A stretch of DNA of 64,000 nt from Lama guanicoe. Taxonomy: Eukaryota. Below, one piece after another: positions 23,736 to 37,759 of the stretch. Each line of letters begins with the position of its first letter. Within the stretch, counting starts at the first letter, position 1. The notes under the pieces are model-generated. The model saw only the letters and a list, made by a program, of their open reading frames with translations. It was not told the origin of the DNA and did no database searches. The DNA lies in the NCBI GenBank assembly GCA_013239625.1, contig MU053934.1, positions 1,147,285 to 1,211,284 of the forward strand. The letters are read 5' to 3'. The translations under genes and the position numbers were made by a program.

Positions 23736-25366
23736 TTTGTTCTAGTGTCTTATTTGGGAAGACAAAGGGAATGTTACTCAACTCAATGTGTTTTGAGCCC
23801 AACGGTCTAACAGGCATGGCCGTAAAGGCTATGGAGAGCCAAGATGTGACGAATATTGAATATTGCATCGCCTTCTCCCAGTCCTCCAGATTTAAGCTGT
23901 CCATCGTCCTCCTCAATGCACTTACTACACAGTTGGAGGCCATATCTCTGAAACAGCCAGGAACCTGCCAGTGACTTGCAATCTTTGCAGCTACATTAGT
24001 TTATACCCATAAATCTGGCCAACATCCCCAAAGAGAAAAATACTTTGTCCTACCAGCATTTCCCATTCCCTCAAATGCTCAGGTGCCCTTTCTCCTTGCA
24101 TAACTGAAATTGCTCCTTATAAGTTTCCAGGGCAAAGACTTACTTACAAAAAAAGTGAACTGTTGCCAACTTCCTCCCCCACAGTAGAAGTCATATATTT
24201 AAGGCTCACTGATTGAAAAGGTGCCTAATGGCTAAAATCTGTGATGAATTTAGAGATGTCGTTGAATGAATTTCTGCTTTGTTAATGAAAATAGAACTTT
24301 GCATGTGCAGTGGTGACTCCACACGTTTAATAAAAAGGTGAATTTGTGAGACACTGTATCTATCTGTATAGATAATTCTGGAACATTTGTGGATTTGAGA
24401 ACCCTGAACAATTACCCCATCATTTCTGGGAGGTGTCTGACCTCTAGTTTAAAACATTTGGTGTTCTGGATAACCCTCTGGGGAATTTAAAATGAGGAAA
24501 CCAAAACAAGGACATAATAAGAAAAACAGATCCATCAAAGAGAGAAGTCCGTGTCAAGCAAATGTGTATTCAAACCCTATCCCCATCCCAGATAGATTTG
24601 GGAATTCTTCCTTTTTTGTTTTTCCTTCTACCCCAGGGACCCTTAGCCCCACTGCTGAACTGAAGCCAACCTGTGCTGTTTTATTTTCGACCCTTTCCGT
24701 GCCCACACGCACCACTGGACACAAGGTTCTGGCCCGGACTGTGCAGAGGTGATTTGTCATTTTACAAAACAAATCCAGTTCGGGTGAGATGACAGCTAAG
24801 TGATAAATAATCTCAAACCAGAAAGCTACTGTGGAAGTTTTGGAGCAAAAGAGAAAAACAAAAACAAACCCCAAGAAAACATAAAGGCTCGGGATGATTT
24901 ATTTCATAATTTAAAAATCAAAATCGCCTTTGGGTGGTCAGACTTGTTTGCTCAGTTTTACCCTAGGGTGAGTCATAATAGCAAAGTTATACACCCTTGG
25001 AAAAAAACAGGGGTTTTCTAGTGGGAACACTGAGGTGTCATTAAGCCGAGAACTGTGTCTAGTGGTACCAGAATCAAATGTCCTTTGAAATGGAGACCAG
25101 CAGGCAGAAAGCCTCGGGGATAGTGTTGTGTTCCTCCAGACCAAGCCTAGTCCTCGCAGTCCCATCCAGGAGATGGCAGGGAAATAATTGTGTGGAGCAG
25201 AAAATCACTTTGGCTTTAGGGCCAAGAGAGATGTGGGGAAGGCTTATAAATTCAGAGCTGGGTGGATAGCAGGTCAAGGGGACAGGATGATAGTAATGAT
25301 ATGGGGTAGATTGAATTCCGTCTGCAATAGGGACACATCTAGATACAACCACCAATAATCGGGATC

Positions 25367-26290
25367 TGTATCAGTTATCTACTGTCACAGTAATGCAGCA
25401 TAACAAACAGCTCCCACACCTCAAAGCATACAGCAGAAAGCATGGATCTTTTCACCCAAGTCTGTGGGCCAGGCTTAGCTAATCTTAGCTGATCTCTGTT
25501 GTGTCTGTGGCCAGCTGCTGGGTCAACTGAGGAATGGCTGATCTAGAACAATTTCACTCGCCCGTCCAGCAGTCAGCTGGCTATCAGCTGAAGCAATAGA
25601 GGTGGAGCTAGAGGGAAGGCAAAAGTTTGCCTTGGTGCTTTTAGGGTCCCTGACTGGGTCTGAAAATTAAACTGACAAAGACGGACTAACAGGAGAAAAG
25701 CCTATAAATTTAGTTAAGTTTTACATGACATAGGAGACTTCATAAGGAAATGAAAACCCAAAGAAGCAGGTAAACCTGAGTATTTTTTATGCTAGGTTTG
25801 ATAAAGGGTAGACTGTCAAAGAGAAATACGATCTGGCCAAGAGTATAAGGTAAGTGCTGTAAACTGAGGGAAACTTTATAAGATCTGTTTGTTCAGATGC
25901 TTCTCAGCATCCCTTTGTCTTCAGAGATAAGGGTGCTCCTTTCCTCTGGGCATAGGGAGGGGACCTCTTACAGTTTTAAGACTCAGGGGCAGGGAAAAGG
26001 TCAGAGTAATCTTGCTTCTGTCGTTTTTCTCAAACTCCCTCAGCCTAAAATATTCAGTATGCCCAGGAGCCATATTTTGGGGTAGCGAGTCCTGAGCCCA
26101 GTCATCCAGCCACCACCCCATATATCTGCCACCATCCAGCAGGCTAGACTGCACTTGTTCGTGTGGTAACAGCGAAGTTCCAAGAAAGAAAGGTCAGATT
26201 CATGGGGTGGGACAGGAGGAGAAGTCCCACGGCAAGGGGCACAGAGGGAAGTGGAGAACTGGGGACATCCCTATAGCCATCTTCCACGAG
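25367..26290 (-). mobile_element. Old MaLR LTR (MLT1H/I-like) split by MER31
   Basis: TGTATCAGTTATCTACTGTCACAGTAATGCAGCATAACAAAC start. Resumes after 26104 (CATCCAGCAGGCTAG). Confidence 0.75.
25608..26104 (-). mobile_element. ERV1 solo LTR MER31-like
   Basis: Minus strand TGACTGGGCTCAGGACTCGCTACCCCAAAATATGGC...GAATATTTTAGGCTGAGG, like the recalled MER31 5' end. Confidence 0.85.
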
Positions 26291-27974
26291 GACAGCCCAG
26301 CGGGTTATACTGCAGTAGAGAGTTTATGAAGCCACAGAGAGCGGGTGAAGACCTGTTTGCTAGGGGATGGATTTCATCTCAGAAGATGGGGAAATAGCTC
26401 AAGCTGTCCCACAATAAAACAGGCCTTAAGAGCCAACATTTTTACATCATAATAATCATTAACGTTAATTTAGTGCTTATTATGTGCATCAGACCATGTC
26501 CTGGGTGGCTCATGGTAATTAATCATCACAGTAACACTGTGAACAGGCTTCTGTGACCTGCCAAGCAAGCATGTTCTGCAGAAAGGGCCCCCCACCCCGG
26601 CTGAGGGAGCCCACTGCTTGCCAAGTCCTAAGCCCAGGTGTGGAGCTGTGTCCACCCGGAGGAAGAACATTTTTCTAATTCATATCTAGGTGACGAATAA
26701 AGTAGGCCTGCCTGCTTAGGAGGTTGGCAGTATACTGACTTTCATTCTGGAGCTATAAAAAATGAGGCCTAAAGGAGTTTGGGTGAATTTCCCAGGAATA
26801 TACAGCCTGCGAGCAGAACAGAGGTTTGAACTCAGTTTGACTCCACAGCCCACGTCCTTGACCATAAAACTATCCCATTATACTAGATGCTTACAACAAC
26901 CAGCTAGGAAGAGGGTGACATTCCCATTTTACAGATGAGATACCTGAAGTCAAAAATGTAGGAACATGCTAAAAAATTAAGGGGCTCGGGTAATGGAATG
27001 GATCAGTAGAAGGATTTGTTACAACATTCATCTAATTCCAAAGCCTATTTGCCTTTAAACGGTCTTTCTATCAATGGTCTAAGAAGTCCTTTATCACTGA
27101 AGGCATCCAAGATGATATTGGAAAACTATAAATATATATGTCAGGGGTGCTAGGAGAGATTAAAGCATTAGCTAAAGAATTATACTTTAATGTTCTTTTA
27201 CTTTTGAAATTCTATAAATAGGATTGGCAGAAATGGCTCTCTTGGCTGTACCATTCTTGACTTGATCAATCCCCAACGTTCAGAAGTAGGACCAAGGCAA
27301 GGAATTCCCTGAGATGGAAACAAGTATCCAAAGCTTAAAAAGGCATGGAGATCTGGTCAGGATGCTTATTGTATGTTTCATTGTCTACCTGCTCCACGCT
27401 AGGAGACTTTAGAAAGCTGCAAGGTCAGAGGTCTCACTGAGATACCATCAATTGCCTGTTACATACAATGGGCCCAGACAGACACTCTTCCTCTTGGCAA
27501 ATATCCCCAAGCCCGCTAAACTGTGCTGATGCCACAGTTACGTCATATAGAGACTAATTTTAAGCAAAATGTCTAGCTCTGTGTGTTAGACTCTCCAGTG
27601 TAGCCCCGGAAGCCTCATGAAGAGAAGAGGGAAGCAGATGTTGAGACACTGAAGGCCAGGGTGTCCCAGAGGCACCTCAAAATCCCTGTTTCTCTTTTCT
27701 GCCTCCATCGTTCTCAGGCTCTAATTCCATCCTTTGTTAGCAGCTGTCTTAGTAGCCTACGATTCCTTTGGAACTGGGTACCTGACTCATCCCACTGACA
27801 CTAACTTGATGTGTTCCTCTGACCCTGCAGATTTCACTGGCCCTGCACCACCACCACCACCACAGACCTGCCTTGGCCCCCAGATTCCGTCCCGGTGCAG
27901 TGTAACAGTTGATGTGGGATAACCCTGGTTGGGTAGACCAGTTGCCCCATGGCCCGCTGTTCATCCGGGAGTGA

Positions 27975-28160
27975 CACTGAATTTGAGACCTAGCTTTACG
28001 GTGGATTCATTGCAGGACCCTGGGCGAGCTGCCTGAAACTATCTAAACCTCAATTTTCTCACCAGTAGGAAATATTATCTCCTGGGGAAGTGTTAAGAAT
28101 TCAGTGAGATAAAGTATATAAAATTCTTAATACAGTGCTGGCAATTAGTAAGTGTTCCAT
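27975..28160 (+). mobile_element. MIR SINE
   Basis: CCTCAATTTTCTCACCAGTAGG...AAGAATTCAGTGAGATAA...ACAGTGCTGGCAATTAGTAAGTG. Confidence 0.75.
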
Positions 28161-29228
28161 GAATTTATATCTCCAGTCTGAGCCTCCCCCTAATCTGCCC
28201 ACATACACGTCCAATTATAGGCTTCCATAAATAACTGTCCACTTGGCTTCTCCAGTTGGATTCCTAATGGCTATTTGCAGTGAAACATGTTCCCAACGGA
28301 ACCAGTGATTTCCCACTGAAATCTGCTCCCCCACACAGCTTTCCCAATCTCAGTGGATGGCAACACCAACTTTCCAGGGGCTCAGGCTAAACTCCTGATC
28401 CTCCTTCTTTCTCACACTCCACATCTGATCCATCAGGATGTCTCATTGGTTCTATCTCCAGCGCATCTCCAGAATCGGACCACCTCTCCCTGCCTTCACT
28501 GCCCCGAGCTGACCTGGTCACCGCTATCTCTCATCTGGACTAAGGCACCTCTTCCTCACCGGGCCCCCTGCTTCCACCACTGGTGGCATGTGAGCATCAT
28601 CCTCTCTAGTTGTCAGTGAGATCACACCCTTCCTCTGCTCAACATCCTCCAGCAACTTCCCATTTCATTCAGAATCAAAGTCAAAGTCCTGGCAATGGCC
28701 CACAAGGCCCACATGCTGTGCCCCCAACCATTTCCTCTTGATCCCAGCCCTTCCTCTCCCTCTTCTCTCTCCTCTCCAACCCCAGGGGGTTCCTTGCAGT
28801 ATATCAAAACACACCAGGCACATTGCTCCTAAGGGCCTCTGCAAGGACCATTCCCTCGCTTTAAACAAGTTTCCCCCCTGATACCTACGTGCCTCATTCC
28901 TTCCTTCACGCTTTCCACCCTGTGCTGCTTCCTAAAAGATACCCAATCTACCGCTCGATTTGCAGTTGCAACCCTCCCTCTCATCCTCAGCACTCTTGGT
29001 CTCTTTAACCCTGTTCTTTTTTTCCATTTTCTTTAGCATTTGTCACATTCTAACATATTACGTAATTCACTTACTTTGTGTGTTTATTATTTACTACCCC
29101 TGGGGCTAGAATATAAACTCCAGCAGGACAGGTTTCATCTGTCCTGTTCGCTGGTACATTCCAAGTGTCTGACACAAGTGTTCTGCACACAACAGGTGTA
29201 CCACCAATACTTGTTGAAGGAATGAATC
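28160..29228 (+). mobile_element. L2a/b 3' portion
   Basis: TTCCCAATCTCAGTGGATGGCAAC...CCTCTGCTCAACATCCTCCAG...TTGTTGAAGGAATGAAT terminus. Confidence 0.9.
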
Positions 29229-29904
29229 GACTAATGGTCGTTCTCAGCGTTATCGTGTTTTGAGCCTTTTAAAACCAGGAAGCATGTCGTTCCTGTCTGC
29301 ACAGGGTCCGGCATTGCTGAGATGCTCAGGGTAGGTTTGCGGAATGAATGAAACCAAGAAGCGTTCCTTTCCTCGAGACAGGAAGATGCACAACACTGAG
29401 CTCATATTGGCTTCTCTGAAAGGACAGAGCGCAAAATCGCCTCTGACATGTAATTTAAAAGTTGAGATGCCTGGATATAAAGTCTTATTCAAGTAAATGG
29501 GATTAAACATCAGTGCATTTCCACTCTACCAAATGGCTAGTCTAGGTTTAATATGGTCTCGTGTTCCCTCCGAGGTGTCTCGGCTGCTCCTCTGGGGGTG
29601 GAGTGAGGCGGAGTGGGGTGCTGAGGTGGGGTGGGAGAAGAAGATGAATTTGACAGAGTTGCCATCCGGAGGTGGATGGTCTTCCTTCAGCCAGGTAATC
29701 CCAAGTCCTATTAGAGTCTTGTTTTAATATCTGCTCAGTGAGAGGACATCACCTCCCCCCCGTTTTCATTCTCAGCTCCTCCATCTATCCCAGACCTGGA
29801 AGACGCTATCATCTTGTTATGACACTCTCAGTCCCGCAGATTGTGGATTCCACCCGAGGCTGCTGGAATTCTCAGGCCACTATGTCACAGTTAACACTGT
29901 ATGT

Positions 29905-30075
29905 GAAGCAGTAGGAAAAACACTGGCTTCAGTTTGAATCTCCAGTCTCCCGATTGCCCACCATGTGACCCCAAGCAAGTTGTTTAACCTCGGTGAGGCT
30001 CTGTTTCCTCATCTGTAAAATGGGTATAATAAAAACCTACTGTTCATTATTTTTGTGGGATCTAGATGAAATAAA
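29905..30075 (+). mobile_element. MIR SINE
   Basis: TGTGACCCCAAGCAAGTTGTTTAACCTC...TTTCCTCATCTGTAAAATGGG. Confidence 0.85.
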
Positions 30076-30119
30076 TGTTCTTTCCCTATTAGACCCTGAG
30101 TTCTAGACAGAGACCATTT

Positions 30120-30460
30120 TTTTCATTCTTTTATTCTTTCATTTATTGAGCACCTACATTTATTGAGATCCACACAAGATCTCAAAAAGACAAATATCAA
30201 GGTGCCATCCCTGCCTTGGAGAAGCTTACAGTCCTGTGTAATAAACCATTACAACCTAACGTGATAAGTGTTAAAATGAGACCCTGAAGAAGCACCATGA
30301 GAACACAGAGGAGAGAGTATTATACATAGAAGGATCAGGGAAGGCACCAAGCAGAATATGATGTGTGAACAGAAGTTTGAAGTATCAGTTTGCTAAGCAG
30401 TCAAGGGGGTCAAGAGGAAGGATATTCAAGGTAGAGGGAACAGCGTGAGCAAAGACATGG
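30120..30460 (-). mobile_element. L2 3' end fragment
   Basis: CATTTATTGAGCACCTAC...CCCTGCCTTGGAGAAGCTTACAGTC. Confidence 0.8.
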
Positions 30461-31124
30461 TGTCAAGGGTTATTCACCATTGTCAGAGTGACTCTCCAAC
30501 CTCCAGTGTTAAAATCCAATACACGAAGATTCTAAGTAAAAATGTGTTAAATTAACAAGTCTTTCTTAAGGACATCAAAAAGTCATCGTGGACTAGTTTT
30601 GGCATTCGAAGAGTTCAGTTTTGATTTGCATCCAGCTTTTTGGTAGTGGAGGGGAATTTGCGCTTCACCGGCTTATCACTGTTTTCTTGCATTTTTGAAA
30701 TAACTCGTGGAACGTACAGGGACAGTGAGTGGGTACTGAGAGGCTGTGGGCTTCCATGAGGAGGGGGCCTCCAGTTTCTTCTCTAACTAGCTGCGTTGGG
30801 AGGATATTGTGATATTTGTTTATCCGCACATGTGGCCTCCAAACTCTTCCAGCTCAATCCTGCCCTCATTGATAACCCTAACCCAGTATAAAGTCAAGCT
30901 TGGCACTCAAAGGAAAATGCTGGGGAGAAGTAGGAACTTCTTTCTCTTCCAAGGGAAAGTGACGTCTCCAGAAATTCACATATCACTGAGAGCTCTGACA
31001 TAAATGCTAACATGCCCATTTTATGGAGGAGGAAATTTAAGCTTAGAGAATTTATGTTTCTTGCCAAAAAAATAGCAGAGCTGAGATTCTAAGTTGGGGT
31101 GTGAAAAGAGCTAACCTATTTTTT

Positions 31125-31503
31125 TGTTATGAACTAAAGATTTGTGTCCCCCTTCCAAATTCATATGTTGAAGCCCTGACCCCAATGTGATGGTATTAGG
31201 TGGTGAGGCCTTTGGGAGGTAATTAAGATGAGATGAGGCCATAGAGGTGGGGCTCCCATGATGGTATTAGTGTCTTTATATAAAGAGGAAGAGAGACCAG
31301 AACTCCCAGCCTCTCTGCCATGAGAGGACACAGCAAGAAGATGGATGTTTGCAAGCCAAGAAGAGGGCTCTTATCAGGAACCAAATCACTCAGCACCTTG
31401 ATTTTGGGCTTCCCAGCCTCCAGAGCAGTTAGAAACAGGTATCTGTTGTTTAAGACACTCAGTCTACAGCATTTTGTTATGGCAGCTTGAGCTGACCCAG
31501 ACA
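31125..31503 (+). mobile_element. MaLR solo LTR MLT1A/A0
   Basis: TGTTATGAACT...CAAATTCATATGTTGAAGCCCTGACCCCAATGTGATGGTATT...CCAGCCTCCAGA...GACA. Confidence 0.92.
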
Positions 31504-31929
31504 CTTGCCCTTGCAGGTTGTATATGCCTGGCAGCCTCTGACCAAATGCACTTGTCTCCCCTTTTCCCACCGGCGAGTACCGAGAGGTGCTCAGGTTTCC
31601 TGGAAGTGATGGAATTACCAGGTCTTCTCCTCTCTCTCATTCCTTCTTTAGCCTTTCTCAGTCTTGGTCACTGGGCTACTGAATCTTGCCAAGTCCCATT
31701 TAGTCCTAGGGAAGGTGACCAGTCTGGAAGACGTCTGAGTTCATCAGAAATTCAAGAACCACCCACTACTGAGAAGTCAGGGAATGACTTGGCCTGGGGG
31801 AAGTTTCCCTGGGGCCAGATCTGAAAAGCAGCATTCACAGGAATCACCAAGGAATACCTAACCAAGAAGAGCCAGAAACAAAGCTGAAAAGTTGTGGAAG
31901 GTGTAGCCACAGAAAACAGAAGTCCCTCG

Positions 31930-31930
<1 letters not shown>

Positions 31931-31963
<33 letters not shown>

Positions 31964-31984
31964 TGAGAGAGAGAGAGAGAGAGG
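31931..31984. repeat. (TG)n-(GA)n compound microsatellite
   Basis: Visible tract. Confidence 0.95.
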
Positions 31985-33419
31985 AGGGGGACAGTGAGAT
32001 GTGGATGGAGGGAGAAGTGAATGCAGTGAAAAGGAATAGACTATAGGAGTAAACTTGAAAAGAGAAGGTTCAAATGAAGTAAATGTTTCCAAGGGAAACC
32101 TCAAAGAATCCTTTCTTCTGCAGCATTTTTTAATATCCTCATATGCTATGACCACGCATTCCATTAAGACCCACTAACGTGCTTTAATTTTGATTAACTG
32201 GACTGTTTGCTTCAAAAATACCAGAAAATTATTCAAAGCTGCGTTAGAGAATTAAAGGCTTTTTACTGAGTATGGCAGGCTTTTTTCCCCACCAATCACT
32301 ACACACAATAATAATCTTAGTAATGGCATTCTCAAGGTGAACATTTGCTCTAGTATTAAAAGTGCCACTTTTCATGCACAGAAACCAAACACTAGGCTGG
32401 GGATGCATAATGTGGTCTCTGGATGACAAATTAAAGCTTATTATTGTTTAAAGGCTCTCTGTCAAAACTACCTCTCCTTTTTCAGCATCTTCCTGGTAGG
32501 AAGCACTGGATGACAGAATCAGTAGGGTACAATTTGACTGGACAATGCGGGGAAATAAATGTCATCATATGGAATTGCACAGGATTATTTGTTAGGTTGT
32601 GCACTTGTGTCCAAAAAAAAAAAAACACACACAACTAGCTGTCCCTTGTCTTCACGGGAATAATACAAAAGAGCAGCCCACAGAAGGCTCACGGTAAGTC
32701 AACCATGCTAAGAATATACTGAAGTCATGCCCACAATCTCCAAGCAGCCTTGAACACAGAGAAAGCTGGATAAGTGTCTGTTGAATTTAGTATCAAGATG
32801 AATGAATGGGAAGGGGTCTTGAGAGCATGAGCTCTCCCTTCCCCAACCCTTGATCAATGTTCCACTTTGCAAAAAAAAAAAAAGATGAATGAATACAAGC
32901 ATAAACATGAGAATAAGAATAGCTACCATGTTGTTCACCAAGCTGGGCAAAATACACATCCAATGTTGAGATTTGTCCTGAGTCACCATGCTTTGAGGAC
33001 TATAGACACTTGGGGTATGGTAAAGGAGTTGGTACCTGGATCTCAAAACAATGCTATATGAAGAATGCTGAAGGGATGGAGAACACTTAGTCCAGGAGAG
33101 CACTCATGGGGCATGACCATTGTTGTTAGAAAGTGGAGGGCTCTGCACGTAGGGAGGGGATTCATGATGGCATTAGATGGCCAGAAGGAGAATGGGACCA
33201 TGCATGTGAATGACTGAGCTACATTTACCCTAGAATTCAATTTTACCAACATTCTAATGGAAGAGCTTTTAAAGATAGACTGGGCTGACTTAACAGGAAG
33301 AAAGCCATCAATAACTCAAGGTCTTCAAGAGATAATCTATCCAGTGATAGATTCAAAAGTTAGTCGAAATTGCCTCTCAAGGAAAAGAGTCTTTGATTCT
33401 ATGAGAGGGAAAAAAAAAA

Positions 33420-33850
33420 CTTTATTAGTTGGACTAAAGGCTAGGCTGTCATAGTAAAGACTCAAAAACTCAGTCACTTAAAGAGCAAAGAAATTTATGA
33501 CTCACACACAACCGCGTAGGGCAGGTGGGCAGCCCCTGATCCATAAAATCATCATGAGAACCAGACTGCTCTGGCCGTGGGTTCTGGCTCTGCCCCCAAC
33601 ATGAGCCTCCCAAGGCAATCCCAGTCATCACCACATCCAATCAGTGAGGAGGAAACAGGCAAAATCCAGGACAGATGCTTCTTATTAACCAAGGAATATG
33701 GAAGCATCACATGTTACTTCCATGTCTGTTCCGCTGATGCACCTGGTCACGTGACTGTCGCACTGCAAAGGATACTGGGAAACGTCATCTGAGCCGAACA
33801 TCCAGGGAGAAGGAAGAGGATTGGGAAACAAAGAGCAGAATCCACCACGA
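33420..33850 (-). mobile_element. Old MaLR LTR (MLT1K/L-like)
   Basis: CTAGGCTGTCATAGTAAAGACTCAAAAACTCAG...GGTCACGTGAC...CTGCAAAGGATACTGGGAAA. Confidence 0.6.
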
Positions 33851-33949
33851 CCATCCTCTATCAATGTAATGACTGGTCATTAGCTGTCAACTAATGTGTT
33901 TATTAATCTACTAGTGCTAGTAATAAATATTATGTCAATAGTAATATTC

Positions 33950-34170
33950 ATACAGCTAAAAACACAACTTTGGAGCCAGTCCCCTTGGCTCCACCATATA
34001 ATAACTGACAGTGGGCAAGTTAAACTCTGTGTTCTTCAATTTCTTTATCTGTTACATGAAGATAACAAAATTACCTACCCAATAAGGTTTTTTGTGAGGA
34101 TTAAATGAAATAATGCAACTAAAGTGTTCAGAACAGTGTCTGGCAACTCATAAGAGCTAAATGTGTATTA
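33950..34170 (+). mobile_element. MIR SINE
   Basis: GTGAGGATTAAATGAAATAATGCA...AGAACAGTGTCTGGCA. Confidence 0.85.
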
Positions 34171-34959
34171 TCACTTATTTCCGTAAAAATACGGGAAGGA
34201 AGAAGCACATTTTTCAAGATACCCTCTAGATACAGATTTCCCATTGACATGTGTGAGCCGAATGTGAAGCATTTTCATGGTAGAAAACTGAAAGGGACGA
34301 CTTGGCCTTTGCCACTATCAGAAATGGATCCACTTGAATCCTCCGGTCCCCGCTTATTAACCAACTCAGGCGAAAATGGTTGCTTTACAATGTTTCTTTT
34401 CTGTCCACCGTCCATGTACTCTAGAAAGGAAAACAGACTAGAGAAACTGCAAGACGCCATCCTTCACTGTTTCATAATGTGATTAGATTCCAAGTGAATA
34501 AACACACCCTACTTGCTGAATAGGCTCCAGTCAGTCTTTGGAAGAAGATAAAAGCATCATTGCAGGAACACCAACCCACAAATAAATAAATAAAAGTGTC
34601 CCCCCATCTCAGTGCCAGCTTGCATTAGCAAACAGGTAATCAGAGTTTTCAAATGGAAACATACTTTTGCCATCTCATTCGGATTTTTATGATGAATTTT
34701 GCACGATGCCTGAGGCTGCCTTCCAGGAGACCTGGGAAGTCCTCCTCTGATTAATGGAGCTGATGATCCCCTCTGAGAGGTTAAAGTTGCTTGAAAAATT
34801 CAACCCATTAATTAGTAAGAGCCCTGGCTGCCTGGGGTGGACCAAGCCTTATAGGGAATTGTGGAGTTGATCACGTGGGGTGATTCATGCTGGAAACCAA
34901 GGTACCTTTAGCAGAGGAGAGGGGTATAAGTGGAGCTGATGGTGAGGGAGGTGAGATCT

Positions 34960-35145
34960 AATTGTTTTGAGTGCCTCTGTGTGTTGAGCACTTTAAATGG
35001 AATTGCATTTAATCCTCACAACAATCACAAAAGTGTTTTAACTACTATTTTATGGATAAGGACACTGAGGTTCAGACAGGTTAAGTGACTTGCCCAAGTT
35101 ATGGAGCTAGTGAGGGAGTAGGGCCAGGAATCTGATTCACCTCTG
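34960..35145 (-). mobile_element. MIR SINE
   Basis: TTTAATCCTCACAACAA...ACTGAGGTTCAGACAGGTTAAGTGACTTGCCCAAG. Confidence 0.88.
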
Positions 35146-35739
35146 CTTTTCTTCTCATCCTGAGGGTCGTTCTTTCTTAATACTGATAAAATGGGAGCCA
35201 TATCCAATGGAAGCTCATGATCTGATGAACAAAGTGTATCCCCTGAATGCTGGGAGGTGACCCCAGGCAGCACATTTACAATGGGTGGTGTGGGTTATAT
35301 GACACGGGGACTCTGAGAAGGGACCCTGCAAGGGCACATAGCTAGGAAGTAACAAAGGCAAGACGCTAACCAAAATTTATGAGATTCCAAAGGACATGCT
35401 GACAGTTCAACAAAGGGGTGGACTTTGGCTGAGCCTCAAGGGATATGTAGTGTTTGGAATGGAGGAGGAAGCATGAAGGGTGGTTGGGTGGGGATCCAAC
35501 ACGATCACAGGCTGAAGTAAGAGTTACTCTGCACACACCGACATCCACTTTTCCCCCTTTGGCTACTAACCCTCATTCCCTCCTCTTTCCGTCAGCCTAA
35601 TCTCCCACCTGCTCCGTTTCTCCTGCACTTCTTCACCTTCATGCTCTGCCTACCCTAATGCTTCCTCCTGGAATGCCTGCCCAACAATCCCACCTACCCG
35701 TCAAGATCAGCCCAAGGTGTACTCTCTGCTGGAAACATT

Positions 35740-36390
35740 TAAGAAGCATCAATTCAGCATGTACTGTGTGCCCAGTGACCTTGGAGGTACTAGGGATTCA
35801 GCAATGGACAATATTAAATCCCTGCCCTGATGGAGCTTACCTTTTAACTGGAAGAGACAGAAAATAAGCAAATATACAAATAAACACCTATTTTATTATG
35901 TCAAAACTATGTCAAAAGGGGCTAAGTGCTCTAAAGAAGAAGCAGTGTATGGCGATAGGGAGTGATGGGGTAGAGGGAAGGCAGGGTGTGAGGGGAGACT
36001 TCTCTCAGGAGAAAGTTGACATCTGAATGAAATGAAGGACAGGCCTGTTCGGGAAACAGCTGGAAGGTGGCACACCTGGAGCCAGGTGAGGGGAAGACTG
36101 GTAGGAGACGACAGCCAAGAGGGAGGAGAGCTCTTGCTGCCCATCGCCCTGACCATAATCGACCGTTTTCTGCTTTCCACCTTCTCTGAACAATCCCTAG
36201 AACATGTGTTTGTTTTCATCTCCCCTACTTGCTTCCGGTCACACTCTGGTCAGCTGTGAACGCACCAGTCCTCCACAAGATTGTGACCCACTGGGGCTGA
36301 GAATCTTGTTTTTTTCATCGTTGTCAGTGGTGCCTAGTACAGAATAGCTCTCACATCTCTGACTTGAACAGATTGGAAGGACTCGACTGA
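35740..36390. mobile_element. L2 fragments (minus 35740-36110; plus 3' end ~36250-36390)
   Basis: CCCTGCCCTGATGGAGCTTAC...GGCTAAGTGCTCTAAAG and CAGTGGTGCCTAGTACAG. Confidence 0.7.
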
Positions 36391-37759
36391 AAGGTGTGCA
36401 GGTGAAAAGACCATCTAGGTAGCAGTGGGGTGTGGAATCAGCAGTCATGGTGCTCTGTGGTCCAACACACCACATCTGCAGGGGCCCAGCAGTCTAGTCT
36501 AATAGGTCTGATCCAGTGAGTGTGTGATACTCAGATCCAGGTGGTGTGACATGTCTATGATCTCTGAGCTAGTCATCTGAAGGGTTCCAGTGACAAGGAC
36601 AGGATCCCCAGGGGCTGCTAAAAAGTGGATAAAGGAGTCAGAAAGCTGAGAGGACAGAGCTCCAATTGCACCTGTGTAGTGATGTGTTCAATAAGAAACT
36701 GCGTCAGGAAGCCTGTCTGTGAGACTGGGCCAGCCCAGCCAGGTCAGGAGAAGGCTGTGACTCGATGTCCCCATAGGTGCCCAGGCTCATGCCCCAGGTA
36801 CATCCAGCCCTACACCTGTAGCTTCTACAAAAGCAGAGACAACAGTCCTTCCTGATGGAGTCAGGACCTTTGAAGAACCTCCAACAGCAGACAGAGACCG
36901 AAGGTGCATTATTTTCTGACCTCTCTAGATACACAGAGAGACCGCACTGCAGGCTCAGACACACAGACTGGTTCGGATAATGCTGACTTCCTGCCCTCCC
37001 ATCAGCATGCATCTCACACACACAATCCCCTCCCCTGCCTTCTCCATGAGTTCCTCAGAGAGCTTCACGTGGCAATCCAGGAGGCGGTTGCAGGGAGCAA
37101 TTCACACTTGATAAGTCTCTCCTTAGAGCCAATTCTGAGCCTGAAAAGCAATTTGTAGCTGCAAATGCATCACAACTCCTGGCCCCACTCCTCCTTCTCA
37201 TCCTTCCTCCGGTGATCAAAGAGCTTTTAACGAGCTCACTTGGCCTTCCTGTTCTCCTCCAGGCATGCTGCTGAGTCTCTGGTGAAGCCCCCCAGAATCG
37301 CTAAATGTGAAAGTGGACTCTTCTAGCCAACAGTTGACTCTGGTCTCTGCTGGCACCGAGGACTCCTGAACTATATGGAGTGCCCTGGTGCCTCAAGCAC
37401 CAGGCACAACCCGGGCAGAGCTCAGAAGAACAGAAGGTCCCCTAGAACTTCTGAGTCTAACAGTTGTCATTTTACGATGAAAAACCTGAGCTCTAGAGAG
37501 GGAGAGGGAGACATTTCAGTGGCATCGAGCTTCATCTTGGCCTTTGAAGAAACTGTCTGTATCTCTGATTACCTCTTGGTTTCCAGACTTTATGCTAATC
37601 TTTATTATTAGTCTTTCATCGATGATGACTTTATATTAAATACGAGCAGTCTAGAGCACTGCTGTGGAATAGCGCCCCCACAGTTCAAAGTGGGCAGGAG
37701 CTTGGAAAGAGGGCGTAGGTGCTCTTGATAGCACTCCTCCCCTTTCTGGAGATTCCTAC

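Noticed and set aside
37660..37690. CTCF-like motif (minus strand TGTGGGGGCGCTA)
   Set aside because: Only the 3' part matches, and the conserved CCASYA half is missing
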